The notes: a model not told the origin generated them from the letters alone. Shown: positions 10,588 to 20,214, counted from the stretch's first letter. The stretch: DNA of 64,000 nt from Candidatus Uhrbacteria bacterium (GCA_903827265.1 CAIKHN010000019.1:11814-75813), one strand, 5' to 3'. Numbers and translations are program-made.

Positions 10588-10962
10588 TTAGTCCTGAGAG
10601 GATGAAGAATTTTTGTGTTGTGCCTCGGTCGTGCGAAGACGCTGAACAATAGCACTCACGCCCGACATGTAGGTGCTATCAAGTTCCGCTTGCTTTGCGG
10701 CGTGTTTTTCAAGAATCGTCCGCAAGCTATCCACAACATCAGCAACCTCTGTACGCATCGCATTTGTAACAGACGCATCTAAAACTTCGGCGAATCGCGC
10801 AAGCTGATCAAGCCGCATTTCAGGAATAAGCGCGGCCCAAGCCTCTTTTTCCTGAACTGGCATGCTACTTGCGCCAAGCGCCTCGGCTAATCGAACCGCA
10901 AGAATGCGCGCTTCGTCGGAAAGCGCAGATTGAGAATTTTCCATATTTTGTTGTGACTTCAT
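10588..10962 (-). CDS. Small helical hypothetical protein
   Basis: ORF co-oriented and 11 nt upstream of the 1465-aa gene; TATACT 6 nt before ATG 10962. Confidence 0.75.
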   Translation of the reverse strand: MKSQQNMENSQSALSDEARILAVRLAEALGASSMPVQEKEAWAALIPEMRLDQLARFAEVLDASVTNAMRTEVADVVDSLRTILEKHAAKQAELDSTYMSGVSAIVQRLRTTEAQHKNSSSSQD

Positions 10963-11026
10963 GCGTGAAGTATAACATCTCATTGACTGAGCTGGTGAGA
11001 AGGCCTATCTTCGATATACTTCGTGT

Positions 11027-12505
11027 ATGGATTCCACAAATTTCTCTGACTTAGAGCGACGACTCGATGCCCATTACGGGCCGGACGATTTTGCCGTCAT
11101 CAAAAAGGCCTACGATTTTGCAAAAATCGCTCACGAGGGCCAAACGCGCGCAACTGGCGAGCCATACTTTATTCATTGTTTTTCCGTTGGACTCAAACTT
11201 GCCGACCTCAAGCTCCCAAGCAACGTTATTGCCGCAGGACTTTTACACGACGTTCCAGAAGATACCGCCTTTACCGTCGAAGATCTCGATCGAGAATTTG
11301 GCGCAGATATCGCATCGATGGTTGCCGCAATTACCAAACTCGGGCACGTAAAATACCGCGGAGAAGAGCGCTACATCGAAAACCTCCGCAAGATGTTCGT
11401 CGCCATGGCAGAGGACGTTCGTGTGGTCTTTATTAAGTTCGCCGATCGCATGCACAACATGGAAACGCTCTATGCGCTTCCAGAACACAAGCGACTTCGC
11501 ATCGCAAAAGAGGTGCTGGAAATTTACGCACCAATTGCGAATCGCCTTGGCATGGGTGAATACCGCGGATTATTCGAGGACTACTCTTTTAAATACCTTG
11601 AGCCAAAAGAATACAGCTGGACAAAACATCTGCTCGAAGAGCGCGTCAAAAAGTTCGGTCCATCGCTCGATCGCGCCATGAAACACGTCAGCGCAGAGCT
11701 CCATCGTCATAGCATCGGGTATCTCGATATCCACGGTCGTGTAAAGCACTGCTACAGCCTGTACAGGAAATTGCAGAAATACAAAAACGACATGAGCAAG
11801 GTGTATGACATCGTCGCAATGCGCGTTGTCGTGAAAGATATTACCGATTGTTATGCCGTTCTTGGCATTCTTCACGGCGTGTACACCCCACTTCCTGGTC
11901 GCATCAAAGACTATATTGCCCAACCGAAACCAAACGGTTATCAGTCGCTTCACACCACGGTTTTCGACGAAAGCGGTTCTATTTTGGAGTTTCAAATTCG
12001 TACCCAAGCCATGCATGAGGAGAGTGAATACGGTGTGGCGGCACACTGGCGATACAAGCAAGGCGCAACCCGCGAAGAGCGAAACGTTGAATGGATGGAG
12101 GAACTGTCGCGCATTCAAAAGGAACTCAGCGCGAACGACTTCATGGCGCACTTAAATGAGTTAAAACTCGACATGTTCCGCGACCGTATTTTCGTCTTTA
12201 CTCCAAAAGGCGATGTGATTGATTTGCCCGAGGATTCCACGCCAATCGACATGGCATACGCAATTCACACCGAAATTGGAAATAAAGTCGCGCAAGCAAA
12301 AGTGAACGGAGAAATTGCATCGCTCGATCGCGCACTGAAAAGTGGTGACATGTGCGAGTTAATCATCGACAAAAATCGAAAGATGCCAAATAAAGATTGG
12401 CTGAAATTCGTTAAAACGCGCCATGCCCGAAGCAAAATCCGCGCCGCACTTCATGAAGTACAACGCGGACTACTTTCCTCGCTCTGGGGAAAAGTGAAAC
12501 GCTAA
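11027..12505 (+). CDS. relA: RelA/SpoT family (p)ppGpp synthetase/hydrolase (HD + synthetase + TGS, short C-terminus)
   Basis: AHEGQTRATGEPY, AGLLHDVPED, KFADRMHNM, RIKDYIAQPKPNGYQSLHTTV, EFQIRT, GVAAHWRYK, IFVFTPKGDV. Confidence 0.95.
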   Translation: MDSTNFSDLERRLDAHYGPDDFAVIKKAYDFAKIAHEGQTRATGEPYFIHCFSVGLKLADLKLPSNVIAAGLLHDVPEDTAFTVEDLDREFGADIASMVAAITKLGHVKYRGEERYIENLRKMFVAMAEDVRVVFIKFADRMHNMETLYALPEHKRLRIAKEVLEIYAPIANRLGMGEYRGLFEDYSFKYLEPKEYSWTKHLLEERVKKFGPSLDRAMKHVSAELHRHSIGYLDIHGRVKHCYSLYRKLQKYKNDMSKVYDIVAMRVVVKDITDCYAVLGILHGVYTPLPGRIKDYIAQPKPNGYQSLHTTVFDESGSILEFQIRTQAMHEESEYGVAAHWRYKQGATREERNVEWMEELSRIQKELSANDFMAHLNELKLDMFRDRIFVFTPKGDVIDLPEDSTPIDMAYAIHTEIGNKVAQAKVNGEIASLDRALKSGDMCELIIDKNRKMPNKDWLKFVKTRHARSKIRAALHEVQRGLLSSLWGKVKR

Positions 12506-12506
12506 T

Positions 12507-13406
12507 TTACGCATTCAGCTGTCGAATCATTGCAGCGAGATCTTCTTTTGAGTAGCAATGAATCGTAATCGTGCTCTTTGCGCCACGAACATCAAGGGAA
12601 ACTTTTGTCCCAAGTTTTTCTCGAAGCGCAGCCTCGAGCGCAAGAATATTCGGATCTTTCTGCGCAGTATGGCGCTGTGACGTGACCGATTCCGCAGACC
12701 GTACCGTCACGCCACCGCCAAGCATCTTTTCAAACAATTCACGTCGTCGCGTATCGTTCGGCTCAGAAAGTAACGTTCGTGCATGACTTTTTGTAATACG
12801 TCCTTCAATAACCGCCGCAAGCATGTCTGTTGGCAGATCAAGTAAACGCAACGTGTTCGCAACTTGCGAACGGCTCTTCCCTACGCGTCCGGCAACGTCG
12901 TCCTGCGTAAGATTAAAATCGTCAATCAACATCCTGTAGGCCTTAGCCTCTTCAACAGCATTCAAGTCTGCACGCTGAATATTTTCAATAAGTGCAAGCT
13001 CGAGCTTTTGCTGTTCAGTCACGTCGCGCACAATAACTGGAACCGATGCTAAACCAACCGCGCGAGCCGACCGCAATCGTCGTTCACCGGCAATAAGCTC
13101 GTATGTTCCGTCGGCACGAACAGAGACGACAAGTGGTTGCAAAATGCCATGTTCCTTCACGCTCGCCATGAGATCCGTCAAATCATCCTCCGCGAAATGA
13201 TGACGAGGTTGACGTGGGTTTGCAACAATATCGTTTGGCGAAATGCGAAGAAGCCGCTCGGTGTGTTTTTCAGGAACATCGTGCAAAATTACCGGAGCAA
13301 CCGGAAGAACAACGTCAGCAACCGGCGCCGGCGGCTGTGCCGACGACCCTGCAGGCGGCAATAACGAACCCAAGCCTCTTCCCAAACCTCCTTGAATCTT
13401 CTGCAT
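12507..13406 (-). CDS. parB: ParB/Spo0J partitioning protein
   Basis: GLGRGLGSLL, NPRQPR, GILQPLVV, YELIAGERRLR, ALIENIQRADLN, GKSRSQVANTLRLL. Confidence 0.96.
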   Translation of the reverse strand: MQKIQGGLGRGLGSLLPPAGSSAQPPAPVADVVLPVAPVILHDVPEKHTERLLRISPNDIVANPRQPRHHFAEDDLTDLMASVKEHGILQPLVVSVRADGTYELIAGERRLRSARAVGLASVPVIVRDVTEQQKLELALIENIQRADLNAVEEAKAYRMLIDDFNLTQDDVAGRVGKSRSQVANTLRLLDLPTDMLAAVIEGRITKSHARTLLSEPNDTRRRELFEKMLGGGVTVRSAESVTSQRHTAQKDPNILALEAALREKLGTKVSLDVRGAKSTITIHCYSKEDLAAMIRQLNA

Positions 13407-13407
13407 A

Positions 13408-14187
13408 TTACACGGCGGCAACGCCGGCTTCTTCACGGACTAAAAATTCTCGCGCTAATCGTTCGTATGCCTTTGCAGCCTTTGAATCAGGATCATAGTG
13501 CAAAATAGTCTTCCCAAAACTTGGCGCTTCTGCTAAGCGCACACTTCGAGGAATGACTGATCGAAAAATCTTTCCAGGGAAATGCTTGTACAGCTCTTGC
13601 AGAACTTGATTCGACAAATTTGTTCGCGGATCGAACATCGTAATTACCGCACCCATAATGCCGAGATTCGGCTTAATGTGTTCGCGAACCAAGTTCACCG
13701 TGTGCATGAGTTGACCAAGACCTTCCAAAGCATAATACTCCGCCTGAACTGGAATAAGCACACTATCACTCGCAACCAAGCCGTTGATTGTGAGCAACCC
13801 GAGCGACGGCGGATTATCGATAAGAATGTAGTCGTAATCGTTTCGGATTGGCATCAACGCAGCCTCGAGCTTTCGCTCGCGATTAAATTCGGTGACGAGT
13901 TCAACCGCAGAACCGGCGAGATCTGGCCCGCCAGGAAGCAACGCAAGACCAGGATGATTCGTACCAATGATTAAATCTCGCACCTGATGCGTTCCCGCCA
14001 ACGCCTCATAGGTTCCTGAAAGTTCCGTTGGACTCTGGCCAAATCCGCTTGTCGCATTTCCTTGAGGGTCTAAATCCACCAACAATACTGACTTTCCCAA
14101 ATGCGAAAGATACGCCGCCAAATTCATGGACGTGGTGGTTTTGCCAACCCCACCTTTTTGATTCACCACCGAGACAATATGAGCCAT
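13408..14187 (-). CDS. parA: ParA/Soj ATPase
   Basis: NQKGGVGKTT, DLDPQGNATSG, DNPPSLGLLT, PVQAEYYALEG, IPRSVRLAEAPS. Confidence 0.97.
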   Translation of the reverse strand: MAHIVSVVNQKGGVGKTTTSMNLAAYLSHLGKSVLLVDLDPQGNATSGFGQSPTELSGTYEALAGTHQVRDLIIGTNHPGLALLPGGPDLAGSAVELVTEFNRERKLEAALMPIRNDYDYILIDNPPSLGLLTINGLVASDSVLIPVQAEYYALEGLGQLMHTVNLVREHIKPNLGIMGAVITMFDPRTNLSNQVLQELYKHFPGKIFRSVIPRSVRLAEAPSFGKTILHYDPDSKAAKAYERLAREFLVREEAGVAAV

Positions 14188-14209
14188 AAGATGGCTGCAG
14201 TATAGCAAC

Positions 14210-14240
14210 AAAAATACTCGACGAAAAGCCGAGTATTTTT
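14210..14240 (-). terminator. Terminator hairpin after tRNA-fMet
   Basis: AAAAATACTCG...CGAGTATTTTT inverted repeat. Confidence 0.6.
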
Positions 14241-14316
14241 GGTTGCGGGGACCGGATTTGAACCGGTGACCTTCGGGTTATGAGCCCGACGAGCTGCCTG
14301 GCTGCTCTACCCCGCG
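14240..14316 (-). tRNA. tRNA-fMet (CAU), initiator
   Basis: CGCGGGGTAGAGCAGCCAGGCAGCTCGTCGGGCTCATAACCCGAAGGTCACCGGTTCAAATCCGGTCCCCGCAACCA; C1:A72 mismatch, GGG/CCC anticodon stem, encoded CCA. Confidence 0.96.
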
Positions 14317-14369
14317 CGAAGATTATGCCAGATTTTTCAAAATCAAGCAAATGGACACAGTCTATTCAA

Positions 14370-14891
14370 CTATCGCGTAAACGTAATGCTCTCGAGAATA
14401 GCGCTCTGAATTGGCGTTAACGCGCTTGCGCTGTCGGCATAAGAGAAATCAATCATCGAAACTCGGTCGTGCTGAACCCAAAGTGAATAATGATGGTCTG
14501 CGCCAATCAATGCGGTAATCGCCGATTGCCCGCCAACGAGCGTTGTTCCAATCTTTTGTATGGTCGAACTTGTGTTTTTCGCAAAGAACTCATCGAGATT
14601 GGCGATATCTTTGCAGGACACCCCAACGTAATACGATGAAGGAGCTTCGCCATCCTGACCATTTTGAAAATCAATATCATCTTGCGTCGTGATCACCGCA
14701 TCGCTGTCTGTCTGGGAGGCGAACACCGCATCCGATGGGTACTTCAATGAAAGACCGCACAATGTGTTTGTATACGTTTTCCAAGAAGACGTATCGAGCG
14801 CCTGCTGTGTGGCGGGGCGAGAAATGGTTTGAGCACAGCCCGCGCCAAGTAGGACCGATGTTAACGCGAGCACCGAAAGAAATTTGCGCAT
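14370..14891 (-). CDS. Putative lipoprotein, PsbP-like CPR family
   Basis: MRKFLSVLALTSVLLGAGC lipobox-like signal; WKTYTN..CGLSLKYP motif and ..ILESITF C-terminus typical of this family. Confidence 0.75.
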   Translation of the reverse strand: MRKFLSVLALTSVLLGAGCAQTISRPATQQALDTSSWKTYTNTLCGLSLKYPSDAVFASQTDSDAVITTQDDIDFQNGQDGEAPSSYYVGVSCKDIANLDEFFAKNTSSTIQKIGTTLVGGQSAITALIGADHHYSLWVQHDRVSMIDFSYADSASALTPIQSAILESITFTR

Positions 14892-14917
14892 AGACAAAGA
14901 AAGAATGTATGAGGATT

Positions 14918-14955
14918 GTTGAGGATACTCTGATATTACACCAGAGCATCCTCAA
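14918..14955 (-). terminator. Hairpin downstream of the M23 peptidase gene
   Basis: GTTGAGGATACTCTG...CAGAGCATCCTCAAC inverted repeat. Confidence 0.55.
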
Positions 14956-14961
14956 CCGTTT

Positions 14962-16188
14962 TTACTTTACCGTGAACGAACGCACCGTGCTGTAACTCCC
15001 CCAGCCGCCGTCATCCTGGTACGCGATTCCGCGAACCGCCCAATAGTACGTGCCCTTGGAAAGGCTCGCGCTGTAGGACGTCGCAAATGCCGTCGACGGC
15101 TCGGCGCCGGTCATGTCGCCATCGGGATTCATGCAACCGCTCGTGAGCGACGAATTCGTGCATGCCATGATGTGCACCCGATACGTCCCCGAACCGTTGG
15201 ACCAACCGAGGGTCACCGGCGAGGAGACGCTCGCGCCATTTCCGGGGCTCGAAAGCGACGGCGCAGAGGGAGGCTCCACCCATGATTTCGCACCGATGTA
15301 CGTGCCAGGCGCGGTCGATCCGTTGTTCGAACACGACGTCGGGAACGTCGCCGATGCGCTCTGGCTCGCGCCCTTGCACGTCAGTTTTCCCCAGCCGGCA
15401 ACGCTCGTCACCGACGGCGACGACGTCCCGGGGAACACCCCGAAGTGCAGATGTGCGCTCGACGTCTTTTTCCAGGAGCCATACGCCGTACTCCAGTCGT
15501 AGTCATTCGCGATGGTTCCGATGGTATCGCCGGAGACATACGAGTCCCCCACCGACACACTCGAGTCGTAGACCAGATGGCCGTACACCACCACAAACGA
15601 CGTCCCGTCTGCCGCGTAGTGCTGCATGGCAACCGCCATGTTGCACATCGAGCTCCCGCCGTAGTCGTACCCCCATCCCGACGAGCAGGTGGAGTTCTGC
15701 GTTCCGCTCACCTTCACGACCGTTCCGGCCGCGATGGCGTACACCGACGTCCCACGAGACGCACCAATGTCCGTACCGTTGTGACAGGTATTCGTGTAGT
15801 AGTAGCTGCTTCCGCACGTGCCGAATCCGGCGTAGTCGTACGTATCTTTCCACGACGTGATGGAATCCATGGGGTACACGAACCCATTCCCCGCCGTCGT
15901 TTTTTCCGCTTGCACCGATGGCGCAGATTTCCGCGTCGCACACTCGTTGTCGGTATTCACGATTTTCGCCGTGTCTGCACCGGTGTCGAATCCGGAATCC
16001 TCGCCATTGCTACACGACGGCTCGATGGCACCCGAATCCGCCTCATTCCGAGCGATCGCTGCCCATTTCGCCTTGTTTGCCGCGACTTCTTTGTCCATTT
16101 CGCACTGGAAATCGCAACAGCCTGACATTTCGAACATCACGATGATGATCAGCCCGATGCCGACCATCGACGCAATACGACGAACCAT
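14962..16188 (-). CDS. Exported M23-family metallopeptidase with C-terminal FN3/Ig-like domain
   Basis: HNGTDI (HxxxD), VYAIAAGTV, YGHL and HLHF motifs; hydrophobic N-terminus ending SGCC; C-terminal APSLSSP...GTYYWAVR..GWGSYS..SFTV; GAGG SD upstream of ATG 16188; GC-rich codons. Confidence 0.85.
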   Translation of the reverse strand: MVRRIASMVGIGLIIIVMFEMSGCCDFQCEMDKEVAANKAKWAAIARNEADSGAIEPSCSNGEDSGFDTGADTAKIVNTDNECATRKSAPSVQAEKTTAGNGFVYPMDSITSWKDTYDYAGFGTCGSSYYYTNTCHNGTDIGASRGTSVYAIAAGTVVKVSGTQNSTCSSGWGYDYGGSSMCNMAVAMQHYAADGTSFVVVYGHLVYDSSVSVGDSYVSGDTIGTIANDYDWSTAYGSWKKTSSAHLHFGVFPGTSSPSVTSVAGWGKLTCKGASQSASATFPTSCSNNGSTAPGTYIGAKSWVEPPSAPSLSSPGNGASVSSPVTLGWSNGSGTYRVHIMACTNSSLTSGCMNPDGDMTGAEPSTAFATSYSASLSKGTYYWAVRGIAYQDDGGWGSYSTVRSFTVK

Positions 16189-16514
16189 AACGCACCTCAC
16201 ATGTGGAGTCGCATTGATCCTGATTGATCGCCACGCCCCTGACTGCTGGAGATCGCAATCAGGAACCGACGAGCGCTGTGACGACTCGGAGAAAAAGCTG
16301 TCCCCACGATGCTTTTCTCCGAGTCGCGGAAGACCCAACCATTTCGCCGGTGCGAAAGCCCACGTGAAGGCACATCGCAGATCGCACGAAATCGATACGT
16401 CGTTCCCTAGAAATTCTCTTGTGCCGACGGCCGTCGGCAGTCACAGAACCGTTCTGCATCTATCGTGCCAAGATTTTGCGTACACCTCAAACGATTTTTC
16501 GCACAAACATCACA

Positions 16515-16601
16515 AAACCGCCGGAACATGTCCGACGGCTTTATATTTGCGATCATTTCTCTTCGCTATCCGTTGTGTTCTCCGTCGGAACATGTCCGAC
16601 A
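16515..16601. repeat. Duplicated short hairpin CGGAACATGTCCGAC (2 copies), probably the glyQS terminator region
   Basis: CGGAACATGTCCGAC at 16522-16536 and 16586-16600, each forming a stem around ACATG. Confidence 0.6.
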
Positions 16602-16614
16602 GTCATTGTGGATA

Positions 16615-18021
16615 TTATTTTCCGAACTGTTCTTTGGACAGATATTTCGCAACATCCGCAATTGCAATTCGTCCGCCTTCACCAACCTGTTCCATTGAAT
16701 CACGATGACGAAGGGTCACGGTTCCGCTCTCGAGCGTGTCGTAATCGATAGTCACGCACCACGGCGTTCCAATCTCGTCTTGTCGACGGTAACGCTTACC
16801 AATGGATCCGCTCTCATCGTAGTCCGCAGAAATTCCCTGTTTCCGAAGTCCTTCGTACAACTCCCACGCCTTATCTGCGAGCCCATCTTTCTTCATGAGA
16901 GGCAGGATCGCAATCTTGAATGGCGCGAGGTCATACGGCGCACCAAACACAATGCGCGTTTCCTTCTCGCCCTTTGCTGTTGTCACTTCTTCCTCGCGGT
17001 AGAACTCGAAGAGCGTGAGTAAGAACAAACGATTGAATCCACCGGAGCACTCAACGATGAACGGGTTGTAGCGTTCCTTTGTTTCAGGATCGAAGTAGCT
17101 CAGATCCTGGCCGCTGAACTTCGCATGCTGATCGAGGTCGTAGCTTCCGCGGTGGTGCACGCCTTCAACTTCCTTGAACCCGATCTCGCCAAACTTATAC
17201 TCAATATCCCACGCATCTTGTGCATAGAACGCACGTTCATCGAGCTCATGCTGACGCCAACGAACATTCTCTTCTTTTAAGCCGATGCATTTCGTGTAGA
17301 AATCCCATCGGTTCGATTTCCATGCCTCGTATTGTGCGTCAGCCTCAGAAGGCTTACAGAAAAACTGCACGTCCATTTGTTCGAACTCGCGTGTACGGAA
17401 CAGGAACTGCTTCACCGTAATTTCGTTACGGAATGCTTTTCCAATCTGCGCAATACCAAACGGAAGCTTTCGTCGAGTCACCATCTGCGTCGCCTTCCAA
17501 TCGAGATAAATATTCTGGCAGCTTTCACCTTTCAAATACACGAGAGACGAGTCATCTTCGACTGGTCCGAGATGCGTTTTCACCAAAAGATTAAAACGCT
17601 TTGCTTTCGAAACAGAATTGCCGTCTGGACTCTTGATCTTATGTTCAGCAATGACATCGTCGACCTGTTCCGGAGTTAACGCTCCAGCATTTTCCATCAC
17701 ACCAGCATCCTCGATGAGGTGATCCGCGCGGAAACGGCGATGAGAAACGAGATCCTCGACAAGAAGATCGGAGAACCCACCAATGTGGCCGCTCGCTTCC
17801 CACACCTTTGGGTGCATAAAAATCGCACCTTCAATTTCCACCATGTCGGTTCGGCTTGTGACGTTCCAATAGCGCCACGCTGCCTCCAAGTTTTTCTTAA
17901 GAAGAATTCCCACCGGACCAAAGTCATACGTTGCCGCAAATCCGCCGTAAATATCAGAAGAAGGAAAAACGAAGCCTTTTTGTGTAGAAAAGTTAACGAT
18001 GGTTTCAAGATTGGTTGCCAT
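16615..18021 (-). CDS. glyQS: Glycine--tRNA ligase (homodimeric type)
   Basis: GFVFPSSDIYGG, VWEASGH, LPFGIAQIGKAFRNEIT, FRTREFEQM, SIGKRYRRQDEIGTP. Confidence 0.97.
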   Translation of the reverse strand: MATNLETIVNFSTQKGFVFPSSDIYGGFAATYDFGPVGILLKKNLEAAWRYWNVTSRTDMVEIEGAIFMHPKVWEASGHIGGFSDLLVEDLVSHRRFRADHLIEDAGVMENAGALTPEQVDDVIAEHKIKSPDGNSVSKAKRFNLLVKTHLGPVEDDSSLVYLKGESCQNIYLDWKATQMVTRRKLPFGIAQIGKAFRNEITVKQFLFRTREFEQMDVQFFCKPSEADAQYEAWKSNRWDFYTKCIGLKEENVRWRQHELDERAFYAQDAWDIEYKFGEIGFKEVEGVHHRGSYDLDQHAKFSGQDLSYFDPETKERYNPFIVECSGGFNRLFLLTLFEFYREEEVTTAKGEKETRIVFGAPYDLAPFKIAILPLMKKDGLADKAWELYEGLRKQGISADYDESGSIGKRYRRQDEIGTPWCVTIDYDTLESGTVTLRHRDSMEQVGEGGRIAIADVAKYLSKEQFGK

Positions 18022-18188
18022 AGTGGTTGGATTGTAACGAAAAACTGGAAAAATCACAAAACTCGCTATTTCCCATACGGCTCAAGATTCGGAAACTTAC
18101 CGACGCCTTATTCCTATTAGCGTAAAATCTATCTGTGAACGATTCTTTCTGCTACTATCGAAAAGACATCCTCGATCCAAAAATTACT

Positions 18189-18773
18189 ATGTCTCCAACA
18201 GAAACCTGGAAAAACTTTTACCAAGCGACGCGAGAAAGTCCTCCATCGGCGTTGCTTGTTGAAGCGATGGAATTTGTTCGCAATAAAGGTACGGCGCTCG
18301 ATGTTGGATGCGGTGCGCTGAAAGATTCTCGTTTTCTTGTTCACGAAGGGTTTGATGTCGTCGCGATCGATGCTGAGCCGGCAGTTGCAAACGAAATCCA
18401 CGACATACCTGCTGATCGATTTCACTTCACACAAACGACATTCGAAGATTTTTCCTACGACGTTGAGAAATTCGACTGCATTAACGCGATGTATTCCCTT
18501 CCGTTTATCGCACCACATGCCTTCAACGACGTCTTTCGTGCAATCACGTCAGCACTAAAACACGATGGAATTTTCTGCGGAGTGTTCTTTGGAAACAACG
18601 ATGAATGGAACGCGAATCCAGACATGACGTTTCACACAAAAGCAGACGTGGAGGCGTCGTTCTCCGACATGGAGGTACTCGCATTCAAAGAAAAAGAATT
18701 TGATGGCACAACCGCGCTGAAAACTCCAAAACACTGGCACACGTTTCAGGTGATCGCTCGACGGAAGAGTTAG
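18189..18773 (+). CDS. Class I SAM-dependent methyltransferase (TehB-like)
   Basis: ALDVGCGA motif I, GFDVVAID, LKHDGIF, C-terminal KHWH. Confidence 0.85.
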   Translation: MSPTETWKNFYQATRESPPSALLVEAMEFVRNKGTALDVGCGALKDSRFLVHEGFDVVAIDAEPAVANEIHDIPADRFHFTQTTFEDFSYDVEKFDCINAMYSLPFIAPHAFNDVFRAITSALKHDGIFCGVFFGNNDEWNANPDMTFHTKADVEASFSDMEVLAFKEKEFDGTTALKTPKHWHTFQVIARRKS

Positions 18774-19111
18774 CTCGACGCTATTTCAAATGATGTGAGA
18801 TCGATTTCGCGATTAAATCCTCGCAAAAACGATAATAGAAATGAACGAAGCGCGAATGGATCATGATGCATGCGGAACTCATGAACGTCACCCTCCTGAT
18901 GCGTACCAGGCAATACGCTCTCAATAAGAGTAAAGCCGTACTCTCCGCCCCGACCGGAAAATAACGTGACTACATTCCCTGTCGTTGAGAGGACATTGAT
19001 GTCGTCAATCGCGACAATTACCCCATTCGCCACCACATCCGCGCCTGGTTGTAGCGACCTCAAGGCATCTGCCCGCCTGTGAGAAAGGAAGAATTTTAAG
19101 CATTTTTGCAT
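18770..19111 (-). CDS. Hypothetical protein
   Basis: ORF fills the gap and is convergent with the methyltransferase (4-nt overlap); no recognised motif. Confidence 0.45.
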   Translation of the reverse strand: MQKCLKFFLSHRRADALRSLQPGADVVANGVIVAIDDINVLSTTGNVVTLFSGRGGEYGFTLIESVLPGTHQEGDVHEFRMHHDPFALRSFLLSFLRGFNREIDLTSFEIASS

Positions 19112-19332
19112 AAATTCCAAACAACCACGTAGGAAACATAGTATATTCCAAGCTGATACAAGGCTCTGTTTTATCCCCTTTTTCAGCTATTTCCCTGCCC
19201 TCCGCACCTATCGACAACGGAGGGTTTACTTTTCCGCTAATTTCTGCTATATTGTAAGAGCAAGGCGTCGAGTGACGCAGCACGTTTTTCAGTGTTTCAC
19301 CAGCAAACTGCCGATTTTCGGCGGAGGTTCCC

Positions 19333-20088
19333 ATGATCCGTCCCCTTCCGTTCCTGTTCATCGCTACCCTCGTCGGCTGCGACAATGTCGGCACCACCGA
19401 CTGCACCACCGTCTGCGGCGGGATCAACCCCGCCACCGGGCAGTACGACCCGGAGTACGACTGCAAGGACTCCTGCGACACCAGCGGAGACACCGCGGAT
19501 TCGGCCATCGAGGAGCCTGACGGCTTCCTTCTGGTGAAGGCGACCGTTCTCGGCAACGAGATCGCGAGCAACGTCATCATCGACGGGAAGATCGTCGGCG
19601 CCACGGGCGAGTCCATCGCCCTGAAGCCCGGCGAGTACACCTTCACGGTCGGCGACGATCCGACGGTGACGTCGGTGAACGGCCTGCCCGTGTATGAGTC
19701 TGCCGGTCTCGATTCCCCGTGGGAAACCGCGGATTGGATCTCGCCGGCGACGACCGCCACGGTCACGTCGGACGAACTCGTCTCGATGCCCGCGGACGAC
19801 GCCGTGATCGTGGAGATGAACCTCCTGTTCGCGGAAGGTCGGTGGACGTGTGACTCCGGCCACTCGGTCAGTACGGCAGAAATGTCGTACGCCGCCGATG
19901 GAAAGACGGTGGACTTCACGCACATTGGAGACATGATCGTCAGCGGGATCACGATGGTGACCGCAGATGACCCCGAATTCGGTAGCGGCAGCTTCCAGGA
20001 CACCGAAGTGGCAACCGTCCTCGAAGACGGAACCCACTTCTACGCCTGGCGCGGCGAACCGGAGGAGGATCCCCGTGAAACGAAGTGA
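19333..20088 (+). CDS. GC-rich acidic putative lipoprotein (PEGA-like segment)
   Basis: GGAGG SD; MIRPLPFLFIATLVGC lipobox-like signal; Cys-containing N-terminus; VIIDGKIVGATGESIALKPGEYTFTV resembles PEGA; codons mostly end in C/G. Confidence 0.8.
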   Translation: MIRPLPFLFIATLVGCDNVGTTDCTTVCGGINPATGQYDPEYDCKDSCDTSGDTADSAIEEPDGFLLVKATVLGNEIASNVIIDGKIVGATGESIALKPGEYTFTVGDDPTVTSVNGLPVYESAGLDSPWETADWISPATTATVTSDELVSMPADDAVIVEMNLLFAEGRWTCDSGHSVSTAEMSYAADGKTVDFTHIGDMIVSGITMVTADDPEFGSGSFQDTEVATVLEDGTHFYAWRGEPEEDPRETK

Positions 20089-20119
20089 CGCTCGAGGCTA
20101 GGAGAGCCAAGAGTACGAC

Positions 20120-20149
20120 GAAAGCCAGACCCGCAACGGTCTGGCTTTC
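20120..20149 (+). terminator. Intrinsic terminator
   Basis: GAAAGCCAGACC-CGCAAC-GGTCTGGCTTTC. Confidence 0.75.
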
Positions 20150-20214
20150 AAATTTGCACGGAAAAGTAGAACGCTACAATTCGGTGAAAAACTTTATAAA
20201 ACTACTCTAACACC

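Noticed and set aside
12507-14187. parAB as a plasmid or prophage marker, or a nearby parS site
   Set aside because: Chromosomal Soj/Spo0J type among housekeeping genes; no TGTTTCACGTGAAACA-like site noticed by eye.
14240-16600. tRNA-fMet-anchored genomic island
   Set aside because: The accessory genes lie on the tRNA 5' side, and I saw no integrase or duplicated tRNA 3' end (att site).
15011-16708. Multiple overlapping ORFs over the M23 gene
   Set aside because: High-GC shadow ORFs with no motifs; only the M23 frame has family signatures.
19005-20037. Long minus-strand ORFs (332 aa and 246 aa)
   Set aside because: Shadow frames of the GC-rich lipoprotein gene, which has the SD, signal peptide and terminator.
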